DNA of 64,000 nt from Chloroflexi bacterium HGW-Chloroflexi-6 (GTDB lineage Bacteria; Chloroflexota; Anaerolineae; Anaerolineales; Villigracilaceae): positions 471 to 64,470 of the forward strand of contig PHBU01000020.1 of the NCBI GenBank assembly GCA_002840685.1, given 5' to 3'. Below are positions 35,232-45,155 of the stretch, in pieces. The notes below the pieces were generated by a model. That model was not told where the DNA came from and ran no database searches. It was given only the letters and a program-made list of their open reading frames with translations. The stretch's first letter is position 1. The number at the start of each line of letters is the position of its first letter. A program made the position numbers and the translations under genes.

Positions 35232-35773
35232 AAAGCAGCGTGATCGGTACTGAAGAATTGCTCAGGAAATTCAACGCCCTGGATGAAGTTGTGCAAGGTG
35301 CGAATTTGGCGCTGGCCACAGATGCAGGCAGCATGGTCATCCTGAACGGTGCCCGCAAGAACATCAAGGATCAGGGTTTGATCCGGACTCGCACGCTGAG
35401 CCGGTCGCTGACGAGCGAGCACGAGGAGATCACCCCGACTCGGGTGGCCGATGCGATCGGCACCAACCTGGAATATGCGCCGATCCACGAGTATGGCGGG
35501 ACGATCAGGGCCAAGAAAGGCAAGTATTTGGCTATCCCAATTGGTGGGATGAAGGATTCGCCGGTGGGGAAAAACCTACATCTGACAAAAACCAGCGGCG
35601 GCACATTGCTGTTGGTGGATGATGGCGGTCAGGCCCAGTACGTGCTCAAGGAGTCGGTGACCATTCCGGCCAGGCCGTACTTGCGCCCGGCATACGATGC
35701 CAACCAGGCCAAAGCCCAAGAAGCGATCGGAAAAGTTCTGAAGCAGCTGATCATAGAGGCCAGCAATGTTTGA
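35228..35773 (+). CDS. HK97 gp10-like tail completion protein
   Basis: Position and size. The N-terminal pattern ELLRKFNALDEVVQGANLALATDAG is typical of the gp10 family. Confidence 0.5.
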   Translation: MKSSVIGTEELLRKFNALDEVVQGANLALATDAGSMVILNGARKNIKDQGLIRTRTLSRSLTSEHEEITPTRVADAIGTNLEYAPIHEYGGTIRAKKGKYLAIPIGGMKDSPVGKNLHLTKTSGGTLLLVDDGGQAQYVLKESVTIPARPYLRPAYDANQAKAQEAIGKVLKQLIIEASNV

Positions 35774-36143
35774 TGAAGGCCTGTATACCTTTTTGGTTTC
35801 TGCAGCAACATCTGCCGGCAACCGGGTAAAACCGATGCGGCTGCCGCAAGGCCTTCGGTTGCCTGCGATCGTGTACAGCGAAGTGTCACCAGGCATCGAA
35901 TACACCCAGGGCGGCGAGAGCAGCGTGAAAGAACCGCGATACCAACTGGATTGCTGGGGCGCTGACGAACTGGCTTCAAAAACACTGGCGAGTGAAGTTG
36001 TGCTGGCCATGAGCAACTACAACGGCCTGATGGGCAGCGAGCAGGTATTTTCCGCCTTCATCGAAGGCAAGATGGATGATCCGGACCCGGACACAGGGCG
36101 GTGCAGGGTCATCATCGATGTTGTGATCCAACACAAGAGGTAA
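35766..36143 (+). CDS. Tail terminator-like protein (DUF3168-like)
   Basis: Position, and the motif LPAIVYSEVS. Confidence 0.45.
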   Translation: MFDEGLYTFLVSAATSAGNRVKPMRLPQGLRLPAIVYSEVSPGIEYTQGGESSVKEPRYQLDCWGADELASKTLASEVVLAMSNYNGLMGSEQVFSAFIEGKMDDPDPDTGRCRVIIDVVIQHKR

Positions 36144-36145
36144 AG

Positions 36146-36469
36146 ATGGCAAAACGAGTCAAACACGAAAGCCAGCAACTTAAAGAGCCTGCGGTGATTG
36201 AGCAGCTTTACACAGTTGGTGAGTGGTCCGGCCAGCCACAATACAGATGCGGCCTGTGCCAGTTCGATTGTATGCGCCAAGAAGCGATCCTGCAGCACAT
36301 CGAGCAGGTGCATTTCCCCAAGTTTTTGAGCGAGCCAGCCAAAAGGCCCAGCGGCATTTTGGTGGCAGACAAAAACGGTAATGTTGTCAGCCAGGAGCAG
36401 AACCTGGTTGGCGTTTATGAAGTCGATCTCAAGGAGGTATTGAACAATGCCACGAACGAACTTACCTAA
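36146..36469 (+). CDS. C2H2 zinc-finger protein within the tail module
   Basis: YRCGLCQFDCMRQEAILQHIEQVH is a classical CX2CX12HX4H finger. SD AAGAGG lies before the ATG at 36146. Confidence 0.5.
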   Translation: MAKRVKHESQQLKEPAVIEQLYTVGEWSGQPQYRCGLCQFDCMRQEAILQHIEQVHFPKFLSEPAKRPSGILVADKNGNVVSQEQNLVGVYEVDLKEVLNNATNELT

Positions 36470-36809
36470 GACCACGGCCAAGGGTGCTTATCCCACCTTG
36501 CCGATTGCCGCTAATTCACTTGATATCGTTTTTACGGCAGCGGATGTTGCCAACAAAAACGAATTTGTACCCACCGGCAATGATCTGGTTCTGGCTTGGA
36601 ACTCTGGCGCATCTGTGTACACTGCGACTGCGACCAGCGCACCGGACCCGCAGAACCGGACCGGCGACATTGGCGCATATTCAATCGATGCAGGCGAGAT
36701 TGCCCACATGGGCCCCGTGCGCACGCTTGGCTGGGTGCAGCCAGATGGCAAGGTTTACCTGGAAGCCAATAACGCAGCTATCAAATTTGCAGTAATCGCT
36801 TTGCCGTAA
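36447..36809 (+). CDS. Hypothetical structural protein
   Basis: Position upstream of the major tail gene. Confidence 0.45.
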   Translation: MPRTNLPKTTAKGAYPTLPIAANSLDIVFTAADVANKNEFVPTGNDLVLAWNSGASVYTATATSAPDPQNRTGDIGAYSIDAGEIAHMGPVRTLGWVQPDGKVYLEANNAAIKFAVIALP

Positions 36810-36822
36810 GGAGGGCTAAAGC

Positions 36823-37245
36823 ATGACTACTAATGCTATTTCATCTCACGGAACACTTGTAAAAATGGCGGATCGCGCCACCCATGTAACCCTTGCCACG
36901 ATCGCTGAACTGCTCGATATCAAGGGTCCGAAAATTTCAGGTCAGCGCGAAGACGCGACCCACCACGGTTCAGGCGGTTGGGTCGAGAAGATTTCCGTTA
37001 TGAAGGACGGCGGCAAGGTCACCTTTGACTTGCAGTTTGTCGCAGCTGAGGCAACCCACAACAAAACAACTGGCATGGTTGCTGCTGCCCTGGCCCAGAC
37101 CAAGGAAAAGTTTCAGATTGTTTTTCCTGATTCCAGCGGTTTCGAATTTTGGGCTTACGTGGATACCGAATTCGAAGCCAAGGTCAAAGGCAAGCTGACC
37201 GCTTCGATCGAGCTGGACATCACCGGCGCATTGACCCCGCTGTAG
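36823..37245 (+). CDS. Major tail protein
   Basis: 140 aa, directly upstream of the frameshifted chaperone pair and the tape measure gene. Confidence 0.65.
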   Translation: MTTNAISSHGTLVKMADRATHVTLATIAELLDIKGPKISGQREDATHHGSGGWVEKISVMKDGGKVTFDLQFVAAEATHNKTTGMVAAALAQTKEKFQIVFPDSSGFEFWAYVDTEFEAKVKGKLTASIELDITGALTPL

Positions 37246-37255
37246 GAGAAAGATC

Positions 37256-37669
37256 ATGCCAAAAAATTACCTGACAAAAGAACAAATCCTTGCCGCGGAT
37301 GATTCTGCCTTTGAGGATGTATCCGTGCCGGAATGGGGCGGAACTGTGCGTGTGCGCCGTTTGAGCGCTGCCGAGAAGGATGCCTTCGAAGCTTCACTGA
37401 CGATCATCCATCAGCAGGGTGGGACTGTTGTGCAAAAGCCGAACATGGTCAATGTGCGCGCCAAGTTGGCGGTGCGCTGCATTGTGGATGAAAACGGCGA
37501 GCGCATCTTCGAAGAAAACGAAATCGCCGATCTGGGGCGCAAGTCTGGGGCGGCCCTGGACCGAGTTGTTGCTGCGGCCAAACGCCTGAACCGGATGAGC
37601 GAGGCAGACTTGCAGGAGATGGTGCAGGGCCTAAAAAACGACCAACCCGCCGCTTCGCCTACCGCCTAG
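37256..37669 (+). CDS. Tail assembly chaperone (gpG-like)
   Basis: Position before the tape measure gene. An in-frame slippery heptamer lies near its 3' end. Confidence 0.7.
   Translation: MPKNYLTKEQILAADDSAFEDVSVPEWGGTVRVRRLSAAEKDAFEASLTIIHQQGGTVVQKPNMVNVRAKLAVRCIVDENGERIFEENEIADLGRKSGAALDRVVAAAKRLNRMSEADLQEMVQGLKNDQPAASPTA
37633..37639 (+). promoter_or_regulatory. -1 programmed ribosomal frameshift site A_AAA_AAC
   Basis: In-frame X_XXY_YYZ heptamer (codons CTA AAA AAC). The -1 frame is open from here into the 37675-37995 ORF. Confidence 0.7.
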
Positions 37670-37674
37670 CGACT

Positions 37675-37995
37675 GTGGCGGGCCGTTTGGATGTTGATGG
37701 CATATTGGCCGAACTTAGCGTAGAACAACTGCGCGAATGGGAGGCCTACGCCATTCTGGAGCCTTTCGGGGCTCCGTGGAAACAAACCGCACTACTGGCC
37801 ATGTTGCTGGCCAATGCGAACCGAGATCCGGATGCCAAGCCTGAACCATACGAAATGTCAGATTTCCTGCCTGCCGAATCGAATGTGCTCGTTGTAGATG
37901 GTGAAAGCGAACCGGAAGAAGAAGAGCCGCATTGGATGAAGATGAAACGCGTTCTGCAAGTACTGGCTGATGCGAAGAAAGAAAACAGATCATGA
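37675..37995 (+). CDS. Frameshift extension of the tail assembly chaperone (gpT-like part of a G-T fusion)
   Basis: It lies in the -1 frame relative to 37256-37669, with no stops between the slippery site and this ORF. No convincing independent start or SD. Confidence 0.6.
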   Translation: MAGRLDVDGILAELSVEQLREWEAYAILEPFGAPWKQTALLAMLLANANRDPDAKPEPYEMSDFLPAESNVLVVDGESEPEEEEPHWMKMKRVLQVLADAKKENRS

Positions 37996-40175
37996 CCACA
38001 ATCGCCACCCTGGTTGTCAAATTAGTTGGAGATGTATCTGAGTATTCGGCTTCCTTGCGTGAATCGCAAGAGTTGACTGGAAACTTCTCTGATCGCGCTG
38101 TCAATGGTTTGTCCGCCATCGGCGGAACGCTTGTAGTTGGTGCACTGGCAGCCGGGGCGGCGGCTGTGGCAGGGATTGGCGTGGCTACCTGGACTGCCAG
38201 TGAAACTATTGATGAAGCCTATGACACGATTCGGATTGGCACAGGAAAAACAGGCGAAGCATTGGATGGTTTGCAGCAATCGTTCAACAATGTATTTTCG
38301 TCAATTCCTACGGATGCAAACAGTGCGGCTGTGGCCGTCAGCGAGTTAAATATTCGCCTGGGTCTAACCGATGGCATGCTGGAAACATCATCTATGAAAT
38401 TACTGCGCATGACAGATCTGCTTGGTGGTGATATCCAAGTCAATGCGGGGTTATTTGCCCGAGTTATGGGTGACTGGGCCGTGCCCTTGGAAGAGAATGA
38501 TATCTTGCTGGACAAGATATTCCGTGCCAGCCAGCTCACTGGTGTGGGTGTGGATAAGTTGATGACGAATGTTGTCCAGTTTGGTGCGCCGATGCGCAAC
38601 ATGAACTTTGGCTTGGATGAATCAATTGCGCTCTTCGCGAAATGGGAAAAAGAAGGTGTGAACGCAGAGCTGGTGATGGGATCTCTGCGCCAGGCTGCTG
38701 GTCACTTCGCGGATCAGAACATCCCACTGCGCCAGGGCTTGGATGACACCTTCGAAAGTATCAAAAATGCAGCGAGCGGCAGTGAAGCGCTCGCCATTGC
38801 AATGGATGTTTTTGGCGCGCGTGCAGCTGGCGATATGGCAGCCGCCATCCGCGAGGGCCGTTTCGATATCGATGACATGGTTGCTGCCCTGGGAAATGCT
38901 GAAGGCGCGATCATGGATACATCAGCTGCCACGGCAGACTGGCCTGAGATGTGGAACCAATTCACCAATGGGCTCACGGTTCAGCTCGCCCCGATGGGGG
39001 ATGTGCTGCGTAACATTGCAGGCGAGGCAATTGGCATGTTTGCAGCATTCGTCTCAAGACCGGAAACCCAAGCGTTCATTGAACAACTATCCCTGAAGGT
39101 GCAGGAATTTGGCGGGATGGTTCTGGAGTGGATGCCACAAATTGCCACAGGTTTGGAAAATGGCCTGGGTTGGCTGGATCAGAATAAAGGCGTGGTTGTA
39201 GCAGCCCTGGCAATGATTGGGGCAGCAATCCTGGCGTTTGCATACACATCGGTTGCCGCGGCGATCCCAGCTGTGATCGCTTTCGTGACAGCCATGTGGC
39301 CAGTGCTGCTGGTGATTGGCCTGGTGGGCGCAGCAGCTTATCTGTTGTATACCGCCTGGACAGAAAACTGGGGCGGCATCCAACAGGAAGTGCTGCCGAT
39401 CGTGGAGAATGTCAAAACGGCACTGAGTTCTGTGTGGAGCTGGATGAGCACTGTTCTGTGGCCGTTCCTGGTGGTATTGGGCGGCACGATCCGGGATCAG
39501 ATCGGCGGCGGGTTGGCTTGGATGAGCGGGATCTGGACAAACAACCTCTTGCCCGCGATGCTGGCGGTCTATGAATGGATCAGCGCAAACCTGTTCCCGC
39601 TTTTCATGGCGCTGGCAGATTTTTGGGCTGTTGTGTTCAACCTGGCCCTAACTGTCATGGCCGGGTTATGGCAAAACGTTTTGCTGCCTGCCTTGTCACA
39701 GGTTAGTCATTGGATGAAAGATAAAATCTGGCCCATTTTCCAAAAGTTTGGAGGTTTCGTCAAAGAAACTTTATCTCCGGCTCTTGAAGGTTTTGGAAAC
39801 TTTATGAGTGGGGCACTGTTGAAAGCTTTTGAGGCGATATCGGAGGCAATCAGTAATGTTATTGAGCTGATTGGCAACATGACTGAAGCCTTGAAAAGCG
39901 TAAAGCTTCCCAACTGGCTAACAGGGGGCGGGGGCGCATCAGCATCCGAGACTTCTACAGCGCCTGGCGCTTCGGCTCCAGCCGGTTTGCCGGCATCCAA
40001 TCCTTCTCCCGCATCGCAGCATGCACCCGCCGGTCCGCAGCTGCGCGGCGATAAAACATCCCCAGCCGAGGCAGAACGAATCATTATTGAGATCCAGGGC
40101 AATTCAGTTCTGGATCTGGAAGCGCTCGCTTACAGGGTAGCCGAAATTATCCAAATGAGAGGCAGCACAGCATGA
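37992..40175 (+). CDS. Tape measure protein
   Basis: 727 aa, Ala/Gly-rich helical with hydrophobic segments. Canonical position. ATGA overlap with the upstream gene. Confidence 0.8.
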   Translation: MTTIATLVVKLVGDVSEYSASLRESQELTGNFSDRAVNGLSAIGGTLVVGALAAGAAAVAGIGVATWTASETIDEAYDTIRIGTGKTGEALDGLQQSFNNVFSSIPTDANSAAVAVSELNIRLGLTDGMLETSSMKLLRMTDLLGGDIQVNAGLFARVMGDWAVPLEENDILLDKIFRASQLTGVGVDKLMTNVVQFGAPMRNMNFGLDESIALFAKWEKEGVNAELVMGSLRQAAGHFADQNIPLRQGLDDTFESIKNAASGSEALAIAMDVFGARAAGDMAAAIREGRFDIDDMVAALGNAEGAIMDTSAATADWPEMWNQFTNGLTVQLAPMGDVLRNIAGEAIGMFAAFVSRPETQAFIEQLSLKVQEFGGMVLEWMPQIATGLENGLGWLDQNKGVVVAALAMIGAAILAFAYTSVAAAIPAVIAFVTAMWPVLLVIGLVGAAAYLLYTAWTENWGGIQQEVLPIVENVKTALSSVWSWMSTVLWPFLVVLGGTIRDQIGGGLAWMSGIWTNNLLPAMLAVYEWISANLFPLFMALADFWAVVFNLALTVMAGLWQNVLLPALSQVSHWMKDKIWPIFQKFGGFVKETLSPALEGFGNFMSGALLKAFEAISEAISNVIELIGNMTEALKSVKLPNWLTGGGGASASETSTAPGASAPAGLPASNPSPASQHAPAGPQLRGDKTSPAEAERIIIEIQGNSVLDLEALAYRVAEIIQMRGSTA

Positions 40176-41500
40176 TCTACGAAGCTCGCATTGTATGCGC
40201 TGATCTATCTCCAAGCACGACCTGGCTGTCTGAAGACTCGTCCGGAGGCAGCAGTCAGCTCAAACTGACAAAATATATCCCGACTGCTATGGGGCAGGAA
40301 AATGCACCTGTGGCAGAAACCCTGGATGTGCTTGGCAGCTTTTCAGCAATTCGAACCGCTATTGATGGCCTGGAGCAATGTTTTGGGGTGGCGCGAGACG
40401 AAAAGAACAAACGTGTTTATCTCGAAGTCCGGGTCAATGAGTCGGACTGGTATCGCACTCGCGTTCATGATGGCATTGCCCAAATAGGCCCGGCTCCGTT
40501 TTGGCACAACTCTGACTATGCGCGCTTGCAAGTTTTTGTAAAGCGCGAGTTTGGCTGGGAAGGGCCTGAAGCAGAGTTGGCCCTGACCAACGCCAGCGGC
40601 AGCGGGACCGGTGGGCGGGTTGTTGGCAACGAGAATTACAGTACGACCGAGAACTGGGTAACGGTATCTGGGGCGGCTGTGCTGGGCGATCTGCCAGCGC
40701 GCACCAGGCTGGAACTGACCCACACATATGCCACCAATCCTTTCATCCGCGAGATCTGGCTGCATCACAAGGTCGATTCGCCGGCGTCGTTTGTTCATTT
40801 CATTCAGGGCGAGGCCGCTACTGGCGGTGTAAACACCGCGGATGCCAATGCCAGCGGTGGCAGCAAGAAATCCGTTTCCTGGGCGGTGACAACCAAAACA
40901 AAGCTGCTCTCATGGACGCTGAATGCTGCCAGCCTGGATGCGATGGCAGGTGGGCAGGTGCATGCCATGCTCAGGAATGATGGCACAGCCTACACCGATC
41001 TGTACCTGCAATTCCAACTGCGCAACCCGACCGGGTCCACTTTGATCAGCGAGGGGGCCCTGGCCCCAGTTGCTTATGACATTGAGATGTTGGTGCTGGA
41101 TACGATGCAACTGCCACCAGGCGGGATTGTTTCAGGATCGAGCAATTTGCTGTTGGAGCTGTATGGCCAGCGCTTGTCTGCCGGTACACACAACCTGGCT
41201 ATTGATTTTGTGCAACTTTCGCCGGTCGGGCCAGGCAATAGCTGGCAGAAACTGACCTGTATTGGCTCAGGGCTGGCGCTGAACGAAAAGTTGGTTACGG
41301 ACGGCATCAACGAACGCGTGTACCGGGTTGTGGCGGGCGTAAATGTTGCGGACTGGACAACCGAAGGCGGCGGCATCCGTTTGCAGCCAGGCCGCGATCA
41401 GCGGATCTACGTCCTGGGGGCGGAGGTTGGAAACAGCTACCGCCGGCTGCAAACCTATACTGCACGCCTGTACTACCGGCCTCGCCGAAGGAGTCTGTGA
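40172..41500 (+). CDS. Minor/distal tail protein
   Basis: Position after the tape measure gene. Translationally coupled. Confidence 0.5.
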   Translation: MIYEARIVCADLSPSTTWLSEDSSGGSSQLKLTKYIPTAMGQENAPVAETLDVLGSFSAIRTAIDGLEQCFGVARDEKNKRVYLEVRVNESDWYRTRVHDGIAQIGPAPFWHNSDYARLQVFVKREFGWEGPEAELALTNASGSGTGGRVVGNENYSTTENWVTVSGAAVLGDLPARTRLELTHTYATNPFIREIWLHHKVDSPASFVHFIQGEAATGGVNTADANASGGSKKSVSWAVTTKTKLLSWTLNAASLDAMAGGQVHAMLRNDGTAYTDLYLQFQLRNPTGSTLISEGALAPVAYDIEMLVLDTMQLPPGGIVSGSSNLLLELYGQRLSAGTHNLAIDFVQLSPVGPGNSWQKLTCIGSGLALNEKLVTDGINERVYRVVAGVNVADWTTEGGGIRLQPGRDQRIYVLGAEVGNSYRRLQTYTARLYYRPRRRSL

Positions 41501-42561
41501 TGCAAGTTGTCATTTCCAAACGTGACTTTAGCGGGCCGCTGGCCACGCCTTTCGAATGGACAGCTGAGTCTTTTGACTGGTCCATTTATGGCGGGCCAAC
41601 CATTGCCAGCCTGAGCGCACCAGATAATGTCTATCGCTGGGATGCAGCCAAGCTATTGCGCTGCCCGGTAGAGATCCTGGATGACAAGGGAACGCCGGTC
41701 TGGTGGGGCTTTGTGCAGGCAGCTACGATTCCACAGGGTACGCTGGGTGTGGGGATCTCGTTGGACGGCATGTATAACGCGGTGGCTGTAACCTACGCCA
41801 ATATGCCCGCCGGTGCAACGACCCCAAGCGGGCAAAATACGACTGCATGGGCCTTGGCAAATGAGTCGATCAGCGAATATGGCCAGCGCGAGTTGCTCGA
41901 GAACATGTCAGATGGCACAGCCGCGGCAGCTGAGGCCAGGCGAGATCGGATCTTGTCTGAGTATCGCTATCCAAATGCGGTCGTGGCCGCTTTTGGTGGA
42001 GACAGGATCAAGCTTGAACTGCGCGGTTGGTGGGACGTGCTCTCCTGGCGCTACTACGCCAACGGCGGCACAGCCGCAGCAGCCACGCTCGACCAGGCAG
42101 CCGCGATGGTGGCCACATTTACGCCACTGCTGACGGGTGCCCACCTGGCAGCAGTGAGCGGGTTGAGCACAAATCAATTCCGGGACGGACAGACAAACGC
42201 CAAGAGCCAGATCGAGGAGCTGCTTAAGTTAGGCACGAGCAGCGGTGGCCGTTTGGCGGCAATCGTAAACCGGTCGCGGGTATTGCGCATCGATGCGCTG
42301 CCATCTGCCAGCACTCCAGATCTGCGCTTGCGAGAGGATGGAAAACTGGAAAATATCGCCGACCTGGTGCTGGATGCTGCCAGGCTGGATCAGGCTGTGG
42401 GGCGCTGGGCCACGCTCAAATCTGCACCAACTGTGGTGGGCAATTACTCGACAATTCACCCGTTTTTGATCGAGTCTGCGACCTGGCGGACCGGCACCGC
42501 ATCCTACAAGCCGGTAGGGCAGCGGGATGTGTTTTCTATCGGGAAAGATGGAGGATATTAA
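41497..42561 (+). CDS. Tail tip/baseplate-associated protein
   Basis: Position only. Confidence 0.45.
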   Translation: MMQVVISKRDFSGPLATPFEWTAESFDWSIYGGPTIASLSAPDNVYRWDAAKLLRCPVEILDDKGTPVWWGFVQAATIPQGTLGVGISLDGMYNAVAVTYANMPAGATTPSGQNTTAWALANESISEYGQRELLENMSDGTAAAAEARRDRILSEYRYPNAVVAAFGGDRIKLELRGWWDVLSWRYYANGGTAAAATLDQAAAMVATFTPLLTGAHLAAVSGLSTNQFRDGQTNAKSQIEELLKLGTSSGGRLAAIVNRSRVLRIDALPSASTPDLRLREDGKLENIADLVLDAARLDQAVGRWATLKSAPTVVGNYSTIHPFLIESATWRTGTASYKPVGQRDVFSIGKDGGY

Positions 42562-42564
42562 TCA

Positions 42565-44832
42565 ATGAAACGTGAAGATTTAGAGAAATTCAAGAGCACA
42601 ATTCTGGGCTGGATTACATCGGCTGGCGGCGGATCAGGTCCGTTTGCACCGAGCCCGCACGATTTGAACAGCGCGCACCATACAGGGAATATCTCAGATG
42701 CGCAGCACGGCACTCGCACCCAGGCCAATGCCCATGCTCACAATCATTTGAGCGGCGTGACTGCGGATCAGCACCATGCCCAAAGCCATGCCCACAATGG
42801 CGCTGATGGTTCTGGGGTAGTGGCGCATTCCGCCACGACTGGCCGCACCGCAAACGATCACCACAATCAGCAACATACTCTGGCAACAAACGCAGGATTA
42901 GGTGCAGATCACACCATCAGCGGCGCTGCCCTGGGCTGGGTCCTGCGAGCTACCAGCGCTGTCGCGGCGGCCTGGGCGCAGCTCCAGCACAGCGACCTTG
43001 GAGGCGTGACGGCAGATCAACATCATGCCCAGGCCCATGCCATCAGCGGCGCGGATCACACCGGCACGTTGACCGAAGGCCAGTTACCAGCTACGGCGAT
43101 CCTTGAGAGCGATGCCGCAACGGCTGCGCCAACCGTCGTTAGTAACTCGGGCGCAACCGTTGGGACCGCTCTCAAATATGCCAGGGAAGATCATCGCCAC
43201 AATATCTACCAGGCCCTTACAGCAATATGGACCGGGAATCACACATTCCAAGGGCTGCTCAAAACCCGCCATGTCGAGCCTGAGGCGGGCGAACTGTATG
43301 ATATCGGGCTCGCGACAAAACGATACCGCACTCTGCGCGTTGCAGAGCTGGCGGCAACATTATTTTCAAAGGAGCAGATTATGGTATTAGGGAACAAGAT
43401 CATCATAGCCAAAGATGCCGACACGCTGCCGGCAGCCATGACCAACGTGCAAACAACATACAATTTTGGCCGGGCCATGACTCCCAACGACTGGATACAG
43501 ATTACAGCAGAAGACACGGCGGGAAACCCGTCCACCGAATGGCTTAAAGTCGGGACGCTGGTGAGCGGCACGACCTATAACATCACCAGAAATGTGGATG
43601 GATCTGGAGCCAACGCATGGACAGAAGGAACTCCTTACATCGTGATCGGACAAAACGGAGATTACCGAATCGAGCTTTCTGCTGGAGCCAGCGCCAGAAT
43701 TGATGTGATTCGGCAGAGCAATGCTTGGAATGCCTGGGATGTTTTGGCATCGATGAACCAAACCGGTTTTGTGGTGGACGACAACGGGGGAGTTGGTTCG
43801 ATGATGTTTCAGACCGGGGATAACAACCAGGTTATTGCATGGTTTTATTCCTTTATTGCTGGTGGGCTCAACACGGCTTTCGTAAAAACGAATGACGAGC
43901 TTCCAGCGGGGGAAGATGCCGAGATTAACTTTATGGCGGATCGTCGCAAAACTCTGGGCGGAAAAGTAACGGCAAAGTTCGGGGCTGGCTCAACGGAAGC
44001 CATGCCGAGCGCCAGGCCATCTATGAGGATCGGCTCTGAGGCTTCGTATGATGACAATCTTGGAAAAGACCAACACTTCAACTTCGTTCGCTCTGGCGTA
44101 GCTTATCCAATCCAAACGCCTGCCATCAATGCCGACCCGATTGGCAGCCTTTTGTCGATTCCAGGCATGAGGATGGTTTGGCACGGTAACGGGTATATTG
44201 GCAACGCTGCCGCATCATCCCTGATGGACAGGCTAGGCGCAGATCACCACCTGACGCCAAACAATGGTCCTGCAGATGCGCAGTATCAAAACAGCCCATT
44301 CCCACCTATCAACTATACAGATTTAAACGGCACAAACCAATGGTATCACCGTGCCAACGAGGCGGCGTTCAACGATGTCAACTATCTCGATATCTGGGCA
44401 GTAGTGAGCTTTGATGTTCTGCCAACGGCTGGTCAAATCAAAACCATATACCGCAATGGGCAAACCACGCCTAGCTGGATGCTCTATCTGTATGAAACCG
44501 GTGGTCTGGCAAAACTCCAGTTTGAAACATTCTCGTCGGGGGGCGTATCATCCTATTGCCCATCTGGGGCGCTGGCGGCAAACACCCGGTACGTGATCCG
44601 GGCGCAGTTTATCGCATCAACCCTGATGGCGCTGACGGTCAACGGCACGAAAACAACCGGCACGGCAGCTGCCACAATGAGAGCACCCACTGGAAATTTC
44701 GAGCTTGGGCGCATGAATGGTTCGCACTATTTAGATGGCAAGTATTTCGCCGGAGGCCTTGCTGTCAACGCAGCTGGCGAAACTACCTACAACGCTGTTT
44801 TCCACAGCTTACGCGATTACCTGGGTGTATAG
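42565..44832 (+). CDS. Tail fibre / receptor-binding protein with His-rich HxH repeats
   Basis: 755 aa, the last large structural gene. Duplicated motif GVTADQHHAQ(S/A)HA plus additional HxH strings. Confidence 0.65.
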   Translation: MKREDLEKFKSTILGWITSAGGGSGPFAPSPHDLNSAHHTGNISDAQHGTRTQANAHAHNHLSGVTADQHHAQSHAHNGADGSGVVAHSATTGRTANDHHNQQHTLATNAGLGADHTISGAALGWVLRATSAVAAAWAQLQHSDLGGVTADQHHAQAHAISGADHTGTLTEGQLPATAILESDAATAAPTVVSNSGATVGTALKYAREDHRHNIYQALTAIWTGNHTFQGLLKTRHVEPEAGELYDIGLATKRYRTLRVAELAATLFSKEQIMVLGNKIIIAKDADTLPAAMTNVQTTYNFGRAMTPNDWIQITAEDTAGNPSTEWLKVGTLVSGTTYNITRNVDGSGANAWTEGTPYIVIGQNGDYRIELSAGASARIDVIRQSNAWNAWDVLASMNQTGFVVDDNGGVGSMMFQTGDNNQVIAWFYSFIAGGLNTAFVKTNDELPAGEDAEINFMADRRKTLGGKVTAKFGAGSTEAMPSARPSMRIGSEASYDDNLGKDQHFNFVRSGVAYPIQTPAINADPIGSLLSIPGMRMVWHGNGYIGNAAASSLMDRLGADHHLTPNNGPADAQYQNSPFPPINYTDLNGTNQWYHRANEAAFNDVNYLDIWAVVSFDVLPTAGQIKTIYRNGQTTPSWMLYLYETGGLAKLQFETFSSGGVSSYCPSGALAANTRYVIRAQFIASTLMALTVNGTKTTGTAAATMRAPTGNFELGRMNGSHYLDGKYFAGGLAVNAAGETTYNAVFHSLRDYLGV

Positions 44833-44833
44833 C

Positions 44834-44971
44834 ATGAAACTTGGCGATATTATCTATCTTCCGCTGATCATCCTGTTTGCTATCGGCGGCGTTGCTTTGG
44901 CGTACCTGGAACGGCAGTCGGGGCGATGGGTAGCAGCTGAAGCACCTGTAAGAAAGATGGAATACGATTAG
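44834..44971 (+). CDS. Small single-TM protein
   Basis: 45 aa with the TM segment IIYLPLIILFAIGGVALAYL. The ATG lies 2 nt after the fibre stop. Confidence 0.45.
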   Translation: MKLGDIIYLPLIILFAIGGVALAYLERQSGRWVAAEAPVRKMEYD

Positions 44972-45004
44972 AATTGGCCAGCAGTTCACAAGGCGTGATT
45001 GATT

Positions 45005-45050
45005 AATGTACAGATATGCCGATAGGATACGGTGGGCATATCTGTACATT
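45005..45050. terminator. Perfect 16-bp inverted repeat closing the structural operon (no clear U-tract)
   Basis: AATGTACAGATATGCC-N14-GGCATATCTGTACATT. Confidence 0.45.
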
Positions 45051-45155
45051 AATAGTAGAACAAAAAACAGAACGATATATTAGAAATATTTTAAATTTGG
45101 AATCGAGTTGATTGCTAAGTTATAATAAATTTAGTTATATTACTGGAGGACCAGT

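Noticed and set aside
42700-43080. Could the duplicated segment in the tail fibre be a diversity-generating retroelement target?
   Set aside because: The window contains no reverse transcriptase gene and no template repeat. The two copies differ at all base types rather than showing adenine-specific mutagenesis.
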